Source: Oikopleura dioica
Lineage: Eukaryota; Animalia; Chordata
Length of the DNA: 64,000 nt
Assembly (NCBI GenBank): GCA_907165135.1
Contig: OU015569.1
Span: forward strand, 6,696,001-6,760,000
Direction of reading: 5' to 3'
The position numbers and the translations under genes are program-made. The notes under the pieces are model-generated. The model was not told where the DNA came from, searched no databases, and saw only the letters and a list, made by a program, of their open reading frames with translations. Below, piece after piece: positions 37,971 through 52,900 of this stretch (positions are counted from its first letter, which is position 1; the number at the start of each line of letters is the position of its first letter).

Positions 37971-40900
37971 TACCGACTCTAACGGGTAGCGGAAGGCGCA
38001 TCGTCTACCATATAAAATGGAAAAAGTAAAAAGTTATTTTCGGAAGTCGCCCTTGACGGCATTCCAACCAAGCCCGTCGACATATTGAGACGCATTCCTG
38101 GAGTGCGCCGTGGTCAACAGATGTGACCAAACAAGTGACACTTTTTTTTTATCTTTAATTGTCTGACGTAAATCTACTATCCAGCAATTTTCAGGTGACC
38201 CAATTCTATAATTATTCTCAAAAGCGAGCGGACTTATTCAGAAACCTTTCATGCAACTTATGTACCTTATATCAAAGAAGGTAGTTAGGTTATGGTTAGT
38301 CAAGTCTAAAGTCTGGGTTAGGGTTATGGTTCTCATTCGTCAAAGTCTAAAATTAGAATAAATAATTTATCATTTAATTCATTTCGAAATTATTTATGAG
38401 AAAAAATGTCAAATTCAAAAATGAAAAGCTTCTCTTTCGAAAAGAATCGCTAAATAAAATTAACACTTGATCCAATTGACAAATGTTGGCAAAACTTTTC
38501 TCCTACTTCTTTTTTACTTGTGTGGTGACTTTCAATATTTTCAAAGATGGACTACAATTAACTTAACGCTGTAAACTTTCACGGCTAAGCTATTTATGTA
38601 TGTTATATAAACTCGATTCAATTTATATCGGCACGATCGGATGAGACGTTAGAATTCTCAAGGAACCGTGAAGTTCGCTCGGTAGAAGCTGGAGTCATTT
38701 CTGATTGAGAAGGTAAAAGATACAGAAAATGTTCTAATTTCGTACATCTTTTCTACAATTACCGATTATATGAGTTCGATCTACTTCGACTGGGGAAAGC
38801 TGAGAAGAGCAACTGTTCTGTTCTCAAAACAGAAACTTATGAAAAATGGAGAAAAACTAATTTATTAATAAATAGTTTTGAGATCAGCTTTCCGCTCCAC
38901 CAACAACCTCCTTGTTTGTATCCTCGAGATTTCACCTCACTAAGCTTTTTTCTTGCATTATAGCGGACTGAGCATACCACCTTCAGCTTTAAAGGTTTCT
39001 TTTAGTTGAAGGTGTTCTATAAAAGAATAGTCACCCTGATTCTTATTACTGTAGCTGTCGACAGTTTATCGTTCCACGAGTCCTAATCATTGTCAGCCGA
39101 GCTTGACAGAAGTTTTCCTCCGTTTGAAAATACGAATGACACAAGTAGATTACTATTGTTTATGTCGTACTAAGGGAGAATGATTTCTTCACTTTCCATT
39201 GTCGATAGCCCATTGATTTTACATGAGACATTCAACTAGCAAACATCAAGTTCTGGATGAATGTGAAAAGCGGTCTTGAATTGGCAATCGAAAATAGAAT
39301 ATGGTGCTTGGAAATCCACCGGGAAAATTAATGCGCCGAAGAAATCACGTTATGACAAAATAATCCATCCTTGTACAAATAATCCTTTTTTCGTAATGAA
39401 GCGCCCGAAATGGCTTCTTTAATGGACTAGGGAATTTAAACGAGTCGATTTTGGGATTGAGTGGAACGTCCGGAAGCCAGACGCAGGGCGGAAGCTGCTT
39501 CTGTTTATGCAAGGCAGGCTTCTAAGGCGCGGTCTCATCGCGCTACCCATCCAGTTCCCTTATTGCCATCACAGAACGTCTTTGTTCAAAAAATAAATCA
39601 ACACTTTGATCCCCTAATTAACTTGCGCAAGCATTCAATTTTTCTACGCTCGATTGTTTTCAAAACTAGAAAGCTTTTTTCCGTTGTTATTTCTTTCCCG
39701 CATCATTTCCGCTAGTTTAGAAAACTTCAGACGAAAGACTGCTCCATGAATCAAGTTTTGTCCGATTCTCAAATCAAAGTCCTTTTGCATTGGCGAATTG
39801 GTTTAAGGACCCCAAATTCGATTTTTCGAGGAAAATTGTTGACGGGGGAGTCCTTAAGTACAATAGTTATTTTGAAGACATGCCCTTGTAAATCATAATT
39901 GCTTTTCGTGACCCTTGGCACACGTCATACACAAAGGTTAGACGCTTGGGTTAGCGGTTGCGTTTATAAACAGCGAATTTGCAATGATCGAGGAACACTG
40001 TTTCTGCAACAAGCTAAGTTCACACGCGGAAGGGATCGAAAGGAACAACGGAATAAAGCCGGATAGCTTGAGCGTTGCGTGATTGTCGCAGATATACGCC
40101 TTCTAGTTACTCTACTGAGATCAGCACGTTTCTCTGGCCTTATCTCGCCTAAGACTCAGCTTCCCAGACTTGCACTGGCATCAAAATTATCTCGAGGATT
40201 CTATTTAGAAATTACAGAAAAGATAAAAACTATCACAACAGCCATCGTGGTCAAGGGCAATACTCTGCGGGCGATGTTACCCTTATCGAACTAGCGAATG
40301 TCCGACGTGAGGACATTTACTTTTTGAGGCCACAAATCAACCGCTTTGGCGATAATTTTTCCGACCTCTCATCACTCTAGCCATATCGCAACCCCTGACT
40401 CAAAAAGTAATTGAATTTAACGGACTTGAAAACAATGTCATATTCCGTCGTAGACTCTCTCGTTTCGAGGATTCAAAACTTAAATTTATTTGTTTTGCAA
40501 GCTTATTAATTTCAGTTTTAAACCCAATTTTAAAGGATATTGTTTTAAACATGTGTAAGTGGCGAATCGGAGCATGGAAGTGGAAATCGAAAAAGAAAAC
40601 AGATCTACTAAACTCTTTTTCTCGATGTTTTCACTTACCCCGTACGTTTAAAGGTATTCTCACAATAAATAGGACTCTTCCGCCGATAATTCAAAAATCC
40701 GACATAAATCCATCAAAAATACAGCGCGCCACTAGAAAAAAGACCCTTGAGATTTTTTTAGAAATTCATGTTTTCTGCTCTCGACAGAACCTCGAGCTAT
40801 AACCTATAGGGTTAGGGTTATCTGTCATGCGTAAGACATTCAATCATAAATCAAGGAAAGAACCTAATTAGTAATTACTGTATCATCATTTTTTCATGTT

Positions 40901-41923
40901 CAATTTGAAGATGCTATCAAAAGTTTTTCAGCATCAAAATGATTCATCATTTTTCAGACATTTTCTTTTCAAAGATTGTCTTCTAAGGAAAAAATGAAAA
41001 ATAGGGATAAAAAGAAGATACGTAGGAAAATAACGAACACACATTTGCCACGGTGGGTGTTCTAGTTCATCGCAAATCGGCAACCGCTAATTCGTCTCAA
41101 GCTAGGAGTAAATTACTAGTCTTCCAGTGCACGTTTATACACTGGAGTAAATGCGTTACGTCGCTTCTCATAATTTCATGAACTCGGACTTAAATTTCAT
41201 TTTAAATGTCCCAGAAAATAATCACACAGAAATGACCTCGGAAATCGAACAAATATTTCAGTTGTCTTTTGTTTAAAAAAGCATACTCACACGAAATGTA
41301 TAAAGGCGACTGTTTTTTTTTTGTCAATTTTAGTCTCCTTGAAACTAAGTTGTTTCTCTGCTCAAAGAATATTTCGTAGCGGATTTCTCTCAAAAAAACA
41401 AATCGTATTTTTGATCGTCAAATTAATTCTCAATCGATGCTCTTCATCCCTCGACAGATATCATTCCATGCGATCATTGGGCGCGAGGGCAGTAGTGAGT
41501 GGTGCGCGATGGCGCTCTCACGATCCCGTTGTGGGAAAATATGAGCGCTCCCGCACAATGCGCGAATCATCTCTCGATCTCAAGCTTCCACCTTTCCGGC
41601 TTACTATTTATTCTCTAACTAATTCTTGATTAACTTATTCCAATGACTATAATTCTTCTGAATAATTTATGAAGCGAACTAATGCAAGTTTAGATTATTT
41701 TCTATGATAAAATCTTTCTTTGTTACGTAAGATCTTTTTTGTTCATAGCGACGTGAAATCGAGATACAGAAATAGCACCGAAATATAATTATACTCAAAC
41801 GGCCAAATAGGAATAATTGTACCGGCGTTACATAACCTCATTTCTTTTTTACAATATAAGATGATTTTCACCCCAAAATACTAATAATCTTTAACTCGAA
41901 ATAGGGAGAGAGGGCCGAGTTTT

Positions 41924-43367
41924 TTATTGGCCGAATAGAAAGCCCTTTTCAAGAGCTTTTGAATGAGCCTGCTCTCGCTCTCGTACAAAAACCGGCTGGT
42001 GAAAATCGTCCGTTTTTATGTCTACAAGAATATAAGAACAGCACATTAAAAAAGAATCAGTAAAAGCATGACACAAAAAAGAAGAAACAAGACGAACAAT
42101 CATCAAGGTATATCCTGCGTGTACTTGAAATAATGAAAACAAAAATGGCGCTACCAAAATATTGAACAGAAGGAATTTTTGCTGCGAAAATCCGGCAGGT
42201 TAGTTAGACCATAAACGAACGCTGAATCCAGATTTTCATGTGAATTTAGTTTTCATTGAAGCGACTGAAAATGTTATGAACGTAGCGTGGATGATGAAAA
42301 CAAGGAGAATGTTTTGATGACTTGCATTCGTCTTTTTAATAAACGGCAGATTGCTATTATTGTCTTACGTGTGATTCGATTATAATTTCATTTCTTGGGT
42401 TAAATCATAGTGTTGTTGCTGACAAGAACACAAAGAAATCGAACGCCAGCGATCTTTCTTTCTTTCTCTCAAGAAAAAGTGTTCTTCTTGACCTCGACAG
42501 GCCTAAGCGGGAGTGAACGGCATAAGACATGTATAGGGGCAAGCAATGCTTGAATAGAACAGTGTTTGTTATGGCGAGATCGTCTTTTAACGGCGGTTTG
42601 TATTCTTTAACAACTAAGAACAAGTTTATGGAAACAAAAAATATCAAAAACCCTTCGCTGGCACGAAAATACGACCGCCACATCATGTATCCTTGTCTTG
42701 GGCGAGATTGATAACATAATGAGGGATCGATCTGTTTATTATGCAAAAGATGGACCTGCCCTAATAAAACGGAAGATGAAATTTTAGCAACTAACGGGGA
42801 ACTACAGAATAATGTCTCAAAATTTCTGGATTCGTTATTTTCTGCGCAGAAATGGCCTTGGTTCCGGTATTGTCCCCGCACGAATGATCATAATTCCGGC
42901 AGCTTGATCGCATTAGACAAATTGAAGTAGATTAATTTTGAAAGAGTAATTTTTGAGGTCCGTGCAAATCCGCCGAGGGGAACATAAGACTTCCCGTTAT
43001 TGTGACCCTGCCCTGCTGAATATGCTCACACCAAGCCCCTCAAGCGCTCGAGTACTACTAAGTACTTTCTGACGAGCATTCTTGGATTTCTCTTGTCTCT
43101 CGACTTCAACGTTCGCAACCAATATTCGATCATGTTTCAATAGAGAGGCCGTCTAAGTCTCCAACTTTCGAGCATCTTGATTTCAAACTGGCGTCTTGCG
43201 TGAACATCTGCCTGAACTTTTCGGATGGAAATTCTATCATAAAACTCCGTCTTCAAATGCTTATTTTCTGTCATTGTTAGTCTCTCTAGAGACAATACAA
43301 TTGAAAAATATCTCATATGATAATTTTTCTCTCGTAGAAATACTTGAGGTTTTACGTCCTTTCGCAC
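41924..43367 (-). CDS. Possible multi-exon hypothetical gene
   Basis: Several same-strand ORFs (43137-43367, 42405-42881, 41924-42157), one hydrophobic; no motif recognised. Confidence 0.2.
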
Positions 43368-43515
43368 AATTCATGCGAAAAATTTTAAGGAAAGCGGTTC
43401 TGAACGAATATATTCAGAATCTCCACGCAAAAAGTATAAAACTCAGAAATTGGACTTACTTTTGAGTATAAAATCGTTTTGGAAACAATCTTTAATTTTA
43501 ATTTGCCAACTCTTC

Positions 43516-43539
43516 TTAGGGTTAGGGTTAGGGTTAGAG
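43516..43539 (+). repeat. Interstitial telomere-like (TTAGGG)3 TTAGAG
   Basis: Direct reading; shorter copies at 40807-40820 and ~38316. Confidence 0.7.
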
Positions 43540-45601
43540 TTGGTTTTTGGTTTTTCATGGAGACCAAGAACATTTAAGAGCCGTTTTTATACTCTTGAAA
43601 GCTATTTCGTCGCCATTTGAAATCGCTGGTTTTTATTGTTTAAAAAATTGAAATTGCGGATTTTTGTAGGTCATAAAATAAGATATGGATGAAGGGCAAT
43701 TCACGGGAAGAGCCTCTTCTTAATAGGCAGTACTATTTTGGGTTTATGCACAGATTCGAACGATCCAAATCCTCCCAATTCAAACAAAGCACATCTCCCG
43801 AGTAATCTGAATTTATTTATTATGTTCGAGTGACTTTTACATCACCCCTGGTCAATTAGATCTATCGTCAAATTCAACAGAACTTCGTGAGCAATACCTA
43901 ACAATACTGTAAACATTCTTTTAATGATACGAACCATATGATCTTACATCCCAGAAATAAATAAGATCCCGTTATCATTACGTTATGAAATTTCGTATAT
44001 TTCAATAACAATTTAACACGTAACAAAACATTAATAACAGGTGCGGGCTAAAACAGTAAATATAATCAAACGGATGAGTTAAAGTAATGCTGACATCGGA
44101 GGAAGCCACGGTAGTTCCTGTTATTGTGACAGTGAGTTTGAATTTCGCTTCGGTCTCTAGCGCATTTTTGACTGGAGACATGAAATCATGGAAGACTCAG
44201 TGCAAAGCCTTGACACCGTTGAAGTTTATTTTTGAGTCCATAACCAAGGAGCAAATTTGCGCTAATTAAATAAGCAATGGCAAAATATAATTTGAAAGTA
44301 TATGCCGATCATGTCACTGTGTTCTCAGAATCAGAGTCATCCAATTTACTAAACAGAAATAGCAAGTCGCTGAGATAAAAGAAAAATAGCAAATACGTGG
44401 ATGCAAGGATAGATTGTTGGATTCGATAAAAAAATAACACAAACAGAGATATTGGTGAAAATGGACAAGTTGGAGCAGTTGGATGGGATCATCGGAGAAG
44501 AAGATCGAGTCGTTCGTACCGAGTTGCCGAATCAAAAACACAAGAAAAACACTGGGCAAAAATTAAAGATGCTTGCACTTACACGTTCATTAGGTATTCG
44601 TTTCTGCATTACGATACAATCACAGAAAACCTGGCGATTATGTTCTGCTTTGGACTGATGTTTTTACATCCCAATTATCCACAATTGTCAATGAATTCTA
44701 ATGTGCACTGCATATTCTGGATTTTTTTGCTCTCATAAAAAACCAGAATTGAAACTCTTTGAATATCCAAATCCGACAGGTTGTTTGGCGTAATGGCGAA
44801 GAAGGGATGGTTGAAGCTCGGAAATGATACTGCGTCATTGCTGGAGGCGCAATTCAGTACGCTAGCTGGGACTCGACCGAAATGTCACTGAGGCCGGCCT
44901 TCGAACTTACTGACCGAAAAATCTACGAATCAAATAGTGCTTGAAATATGTACGCAACAGAAAGTTAGAAAAAAGTAAGAGAACGCACTAGAAAAGCAAT
45001 GATCTGATGCTGGCGCACTTTTTCATTCGACTTAGAATCCGTGAGTGATAAGCTTCCTGCCAGGTGAATTCGAGTCAATTCAATTCGCGTAACGTGTTTA
45101 ATTGATATGAAAGGTGTCAAAAATCTTTTCAGCAAAACATCTTCAACCCCCGAGTTAAACTAGCGGCCGGTTGACATTGGGCATTTGTTCGGCGATTTTA
45201 CATTAATTCTAAGATTTTTATTGTTGTTTTATGACGTTTTAAACGACCCTCAGTACTCGATGCTATTAACAGCGAGAATGGCATCTCAGAAGTATTAAAT
45301 TTAAGTTATCAGATTGAATCAACGATTTGAAATAATATAATTGGAGAGAAAATCCCGGATGTCAAACCGGATGTCAAATCTTGTATTTTTTTGCATCGTC
45401 AAAGTCTTTTTGAAGTTCTTTTTTACTCTTTTTGAACACAAGAAATCGAGAAATCGGAAAAAAAAGACGTGAAGCATGAAACCCTTAGTAAATCTTTCGC
45501 CAGGTGAAAAATGAGAATTCTTGAAATCTTGTTCGCCCAGCTAGCTCGCAAAAGTTTTTGGTATCTTTATTAAGATTGATTTAGTGCCTGATGCTCAAAT
45601 A

Positions 45602-46997
45602 ATGCCGAGAATTTTCCGCAGTAACTTGTTCTTCATTCTTCTTGGAATCGTCACATTCTTATTCTTGCGAGAAGTGAAACTCAACATAGGAATGAGATTT
45701 GAAATTCGAGAAGGCGCGATTATTAATTATTTATTAATAATATTGCAGAATGAATTTTAACTCAAAAAAGATGCTGGTCCCGAAAATGATTACGATCCGA
45801 TGGATAAGCTCTCTGATCTGGTGAAAATTTCTTCAGGCCATTCCGCTGAAAAGGAAACAAAAACAGAAGTCGTTGAATCTGCAGGTAGCCCGGCGGTTGT
45901 GGATTATCCGGATCATGGGAAGGCACTGCGCGACGAAAGGCTGGAAATTGTCCCACTGGAGGAGGTTTCAGATGATACTGTTTGGATAATCAATGAGCCA
46001 GACGCCTGCAAGAACAAGGTAGCACCATTTCTTTGAAAATCTTAAACGTGGGAACACTCAGTCGCCCACGATGATCCTCGGAGTTGCAGCTGCGGTTTAC
46101 GCCTTCGAGCGCAGAGAAATAATCCGCCAAACTTGGGGAACGTACGCCAAAACAGAAGATGTCAAGCTCCTCTTCTTCGTTGGCGACAACGGCGATCCAA
46201 ATGTTAACGAGCACCTCAGAAAAGGTAATTCTCTCGACATAAAAGCCGCTGCCTATTCTCAATTTCTAGAGGCCGTCGAGAACCAAGATATTATTCAAGA
46301 GAACTACGTGGAATCATACTGGAACTTGACAAGAAAAACAATTGGTCAGCTGAAATGGACGAAAGAGTTCTGCCCGGGTGCAAAGATTTTGGCTCACTTG
46401 GACGATGACGTGTTCATAGACGTTCCAAAAGTCATAAATGCGCTAACAGTAGATCAGGTGGTGATATAAGGGTTGATTTCCGTTGCTAACGAGCTCCGCT
46501 AGGGATTCACGTCGAAACCGGACTGGGTAGCTTGCATGTGGAAGATGCCCGGTGCCCCAGTCAGAAGAACAGGCAAATACGCAGTAACCAAAGAGGAGTA
46601 CGAGCCAGAAAGATACCCGAGTTCGTGCAATGGCCCTTGCTACTTCATATCTGACGTTGCCAACGAGAAGCTCGTTGAAGAGTCCTACAAGCACGAGGAA
46701 TTCAAGCTTGAGGATATGTACGTCACCGGAGTTCTGAGGTATTCTTATCCGAAGCAAAGTTCTTTATAAATTGATAATTCAGGGACGAAAATAGCATTCC
46801 CATTTTCGGCATTCCAAAAGGGCAGTTTCTCTGTCAACATTTAGGCAAGAAAAATCTCATGCACTCAGACGTTGTTTACAAAGAAGAAACAGGTACATTC
46901 AGCGTATTCGATTTCACAGTGAATCTATCTTTCTTTAGTCGAAGAGCGAATGTGGAAAGCCTGGGAGCTCTACGGCCCAGGCGGCGAACTCAACTAA
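45602..46997 (+). CDS. Beta-1,3-galactosyl/GlcNAc transferase, GT31 family, type II membrane protein
   Basis: N-terminal TM MPRIFRSNLFFILLGIVTFLFL; RREIIRQTWG; LLFFVG; ESYWNLTRKT; AHLDDDVF; YPSSCNGPCY; LEDMYVTG. Confidence 0.92.
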
Positions 46998-49900
46998 AAG
47001 AAACAGTTCAAGCACTAATTTAACCAAGAAAAGCTGCCAACTTTAATATTTCCTGCCATATTTCATTTACTTGCGTGTGTAACTATATATATTGTTATTC
47101 AACAAAAACAAAAAAAAAAGATTCGAAAAATCTCTTCCTTGTTATCAAATTCAGTTCATTGCGCCTGACAGTTGAAAGATGTTTTATTGTTAGAATCCTC
47201 TTCCTTGATATCATTGATATCAAATCAAATTCAGGTGATCGCGCTAATCAGTTCAAAAGACGTTTTATACAGAAAAAATCTAGAATTATCTGAGATGAAA
47301 CTTTATTTTATTGACTTGTTTATTACCGAGAATAATGGCCTTATCAATGTATAGAGAAAACAGCGCAGCTGGACGGATAAGTAAAAATTATCGAATGTGT
47401 TTGTTGTCGGCAGCAGACGTTGAGCCAAGCTAGTCAGCTTCGGTATTATTGTAGATGCAAATGTTTCAAGGCTCAATCATCCGTGAACGTTACTCATCCT
47501 CAACACATCTGCACAACCCTAATCATATTAAGAAGCTGCTCCAACCGGTGGCTCCTTTTCGCGCCAGAGTTTCTTGCGCTTCTTAAAACAAGTATATTTG
47601 TCAGAAAAACTCTTTGAGTATATATTTAAAAGTAAGAAAATGACTTTTGGCGTAAAAGACTAACTTTTGGTAATTTTCCAAACAATTTTTAGAAAAATTA
47701 AAGTGATTTATATAAACAGGAATTCAGACTTCAAATACCTGCTCGTGGCAATTTTCCAATCACTGAAGCATATGAGCATTCAGTCGAGTTGGCGATGAAG
47801 ATCAAAGGTCTTGATATTTTAAAAGACCGTTTAGCAGAGATAAATTTAACGGGGCCAGCGTAAAATCATTACGAACCGCGTCATCACGATTTCTCGAGGA
47901 ATAAATGCAAATAATATTATATCATGTCGATTGAGATTTCTAGCAGTTATAAACGCGTTTTTGAGTTAATTAAAAAAGCGAAGGAAAAAGGTCATACTGC
48001 GGATAAAATAGAAAAAAGGTCAAACACGATGATTGATTCAAACTAAGGAAGCACGCTTTATAAAATTATCAAAAAATGATCGAGCAGTAAATTCCCATTC
48101 GCGGTTGAGTTCATCATTGGCAACTGTCTAAGGAGTGGGAATGAAAGAAGCATAAAATTCTCGCTGTTAATGAAGTGTGCTTTTGAGGACATGGCCACGT
48201 GATCGATGCGTTTACTCGTAATAATCGCGCGCTGTGCCCGATTTGTCATGGTTCCTCATTTGAAACAACAGAAAAGAAAAAAGAAGAAGATTAATGACGA
48301 ATTTCGATTTTTTATTTCAGAAATTTGATCCCTTTGATCTCGCACCCCATGGGAAGTCTCGCCTCCCAATCCCTCTCTCCATGGGGCACCGCGACTGAGT
48401 GCAATCGAGGCCACTTCTCGTCTTTTAGAAACGCTCAAAAACCGTAATTTGGATTATCATTTTTATGAAAGCCTTTTGTGGAGTCAAGAATCACCAAATC
48501 TTATTTTAAATATATCTCATCAGGAAGAAAAATATCCCCACAAACTTTGATCTAATTTCGCTTGATTGCAAGAACCAATTTTTAAAGCTAAGAGAAGCTG
48601 TCCATTCTGGACGTTTCTCATCCAAATTTTGACTTGGTAAGCTATAGAGCTCGTAAAAATTTCGTTTTGGCGGGAAAATTTTTCCGCCCCATCGAGCGCG
48701 GACTTTCTTTCAAGCTAGAATTCAAGGACAAAACCACCGGAATCGGATTTGATGTTTTTTTGATCTTGAGATTTTCGGTTTTAGATTTCAACCAAAAATA
48801 GGACAGTATCGAAGATTTCAAAAAGCTGCTTATGAAAATCGCTCTCGAGCCTGGTCTAAGCTTGCTCCTGTTGAACACAGTAATTCTTAGTTGCTTCAAT
48901 CAGGGGAAAATTTTTGACGTAAAAAGATTATTTTCCACTCTTTTCATTGATGTATTCAGCATCTTTTTTCGCCTCCATGGCGGCTTTTCAAATTCTCGGC
49001 TATTCAAAGGCCTGTTTAACAACTGCTGTAAGGAAGTTGATAATTTCAGAGCACGCACAATTTCGCCACCCAGTTCTCAATGAAACAGTGCCTGATTTCA
49101 GGCTGGAAAATATTTGCTCGCAGCGTAAATCACCGCCACTCGTAAACTCTGACTGATGAAATTACATTACTGCTTCAGTCAGAAATCAGCGCAAACATGC
49201 CCAAACTTGCCAGTAAGCATAACTCATTCTCGGTTTTCTCGAGCTGGAAGAGCCCTTGAGTTCGAATCCACCCCAAAGAGGGTTTTTCTCGAAAAGTTGG
49301 CACCAATCTGTTCGCGTTTTTTTGTCCGATCTTGGCAGCGAGTCTCCAAAAGTGCATTCTTCCCCCCCCGCAATATTCTTATTGTAACGATATATGTTTA
49401 TATATGATAATTATTTACGCAAAAATAGTTTTTTATCTAGTATTTTGATAATTAATTTTATTAATTATTGAAAATGTTCAAATCTAGAGATTGCCCGCAC
49501 TAGAGTCTCAAGTTTCAATTTGCTGAAGAATACAAGTTGCAATTTTTTCATTGAAACTCCCCCTTGAGAAGTCTAAACAAGTCAGGATTTGGTGGGATTG
49601 GCGCTTCTTGGGTTGATTCACAGCGCGTAGCCAGGCTTCCCGCGCTCGATGCGCGCGGCGACGAACAGCGCCGCATCGTGGCCGTAGTGGCTCAAGCCTT
49701 TCTTGAAAATTGTCGCTGCCCCGGGCAAATCGTGCGCAGCGGAGCGAGTCACCCGCCACGACTGAAACGACGAAAATATTCGAAATTTTTGAAAAATAAA
49801 AAAAAAATTGGCGGACGAGAAAACGCGCGCACAACGCGACGCAGATTGCGCTTTAGAGATCTCATCCAAGAAGATTATCAGAAGACAGAACTTTTACGGA

Positions 49901-52900
49901 AAGAAACAGGCGGAGAAAAACGGAGAAAAACGAAACAATTACCAGAACCTTTTGGTAAGTGATCAATTGATCTGCATGTTTTAGTTGTTAGAATTTTTAT
50001 AATTAACTTTGAAAGGGTGTCGTTAGAAATTTGATAAGTGATTCGAGCTGATACGGTACTCGAGCAAATGGTGCGTCCTTGGCGTCTTTAGTTTGCCAAA
50101 AAGTCAAAAGATGCTCTGTGTATTTATTGGGACAATAGAGGCTGTGTGTGTATTTTCGATTTAGAGCGTATCTCGTCCACTAAAAACAGTAATTTTGATT
50201 TGTGTCCGTTCCAAGTGTAAGCGAGTTGCTGGTGCTCGAACGAGCTTGAGATTCAAGCCCAAGTGCTGCGAGGAGGATGCTCAGGCCAGGCTAAATCCGC
50301 CCGATAGTAGGCAATATTCATTCTCACTTCCAACCAAGGCGGAGTCGCCTAATCAGCGATACCGGCAATTCAACACATGATAGCTATTTACTACTCACTA
50401 TTGACGTCCGCCTTTTTCACATCGGTTGAGAACGTTGGGTAGTTTTACAAAAATAAGCGGAAATTAATTGTCTGCCGCTGATTTGGCTGGCGAAGACAGG
50501 CGAAAAGGGCAATTCTGTGAGTAGTTATCTAATTATAGTGCGAGTCAAAATCGCCATGGTCAGAGAGCCTTAATTTTAATTCTCCACCATAAACTCCCTC
50601 TTGATTGACGTAAACAGGAGACTTTTGCTATTTTGATTCTGCGGCTTTTGATTTTGCGAAAGAATCACTCCATCCACAGAAAGTGAAATGCTTATTACGA
50701 GCCAAAATTGGTTCTGAATTCAATTTACTCGCACCTGAAACCCCCTTTATGTAACTTGGACTAGCGATTTTCGATTGAGCCAAAGTTCAAGTAACTGAGC
50801 TCGTCTGACTTAGATAAATAAGACCACAATGACCACTCGATCCGTATTTCGAACTAGGCCCATCAAGAAGCCCAATCTACTTCAAACATTGCTTTTCAAA
50901 CAGCAGGCCAAAAGTGTTACCATCGGAGTTGTATGACCTACAGGGAGATAAGCTAGTTCGATATGGATCAATAGAATTTTATGGTGGAACGCGACCCGGT
51001 TCCAAATTTGCTCGTCCTAAATTTCCCCGTCCGCCTTTCGAGTTTTGTTTAGTTTTTACTCTTCTTCCATTCATCCCTTTAAAAATGAGAAGGCAAGTAA
51101 ATTTAATGTCCAGAGGCATGGTGCTTTGATCCGTGCGCTCGACCCCTTTGATGTCTCAGGCTTTATTTGTTTGGCTGAAAAACCATCCCCGCTTTTGAAG
51201 AAGCTAGAAATCATTCTCCCTTTCAGTTTCTTTCAGTGTTTATGATCGAGATAGTGCTCAAACCGCAAAGCGTTTTTTCGCTATGGCGAGTATTTACGAG
51301 GAGCGGTGCATTCATTCTACATTCAAACTGCTCAGGTGCCAGCAAAATATCATCACGTGCTTATAATTACCATGCGCTAAAAATTCTAACCGAGGGCAAA
51401 TATCACCCCCAGCTTGAGTTTTAATTCGACTTAATAAAATCGCTCCATTGAGCACGATTCAATACGGATCATACTCAGATTAAACGCTGAATGGGGCGAA
51501 ATCCGTCTCCCGAAAAGTATTCGTTTTAATTTTCTGGTGGAAGCTTGTATTCTAGTGGATTAGAAACTTCGGCTTTTTATTTTGAAGATAGCAAGTGCCT
51601 CGTCGCGTGCCCATTGATCTTCAACCCCGCGATAAGGCTCACTTTTTCATCCCGAGTCGTGATCTACAGCTGACATACAGCGTGAAACTCAGGAACCAGG
51701 AAAACCTGGCGCTGAAATGAATAATATTTGCGTACAAATATTGGCCCCTCACGCAATAGAGAGGGCTAATAGATAGACATAGTTACTCCCAGTATCCACT
51801 CGTCTGTCCATCAAATGAAGTTCTTGGATTCTCATTTTACTTGTCATTCAAACTCGAAATTGACGAAGCTATCATCCCTCTCCTTTTGTGTAGTTAGCCT
51901 GGTTAGTGAAGTGGTAGTTTTTTGACAGTTAATGGCGCGTGAAAATTTTTTCTAAAAATAACCATATATTGGATTTCTCCATAAATCATGAGAAATTGAA
52001 TGAACAGGGTATTAAATCTGAGGATCTTGAAAGAATCGGCCCGCTTAATCCTGGGATGTCGAAAAATTTTAATCCCGTTGTCGAGAAATTTTTCACTACT
52101 GCGTGAGATAGGCCGTCTGCTCTGCAGGCGATTTCAAGGGGACGTCCTTTATTGATTTAAATTACAAATGAGCCCAACTGCTCCCTAGCACACAACCTTT
52201 CGACATTTTGAAATACAGTCGCGCAGCGGGGGTCCCTTTGGGAATATTCAATCGCAGAATTTATAATTTTCTCACCTTTAGAATGCCCCTAAACACGAAA
52301 ATTGAAGGGTAATAAGGTTGGCAGACGGGCAAGCACAAATTAGTATGGTTGGATATATATGGCTTATGCATATGCGATATTAAAGGCGGTAATATGATAA
52401 GCAGTCTATGCATGGGCGACTGTGCGGCAGCAAGCCAGACGCAGCTACTTCCGCTAGCTTCATTCATCGGAAGTCGATGACCTTCGAGTAGTTGCATTTA
52501 CTGCCCGTCAGTGCAAGATAAGTTAAAGCAGAGCCACAAACATAGATAATTAACTTCCGCCTTTGAGTATAAATTTACCGGCTATTATGAGGATAAATAT
52601 CCTCTGCGCTTTATAATTAAAAATTGCAGTAATGCTCAATTAAAATGGCAAGAAGCGGGGGAGTGTATTTTATGAGATTAAGGCGCATTGTTTACGGAAA
52701 TTTTCGAGGGCTAAGGCTTCTTTTGGCCAGGCTAAAAACAATAATTCGGCTAAGTGCGCATGACAACAGGACGAATGATGCCGTGGATAAAGCCTTCGAC
52801 ACGAGGACAAAGGGACTATCGTCGCGTAGTGGCTTTCAATAGCGCTCAACTCCCGTCGTTGCGCTTGCTTCACCTGAACAGACAGAAATCGTATTTGATC

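Noticed and set aside
41115-41126. 12-nt match to the miR-7 5' end (TGGAAGACTAGT on the minus strand)
   Set aside because: The 3' half diverges and no complementary star arm follows, so it is not a precursor; at most a chance or target site
48341-48394. Hairpin CCCCATGG..CCATGGGG as a pre-miRNA
   Set aside because: Only ~8-12 bp of stem with a large loop; too short
49258-49269. GAGTTCGAATCC B-box/T-loop suggesting a tRNA or SINE
   Set aside because: No A-box at the proper distance and no cloverleaf stems could be formed
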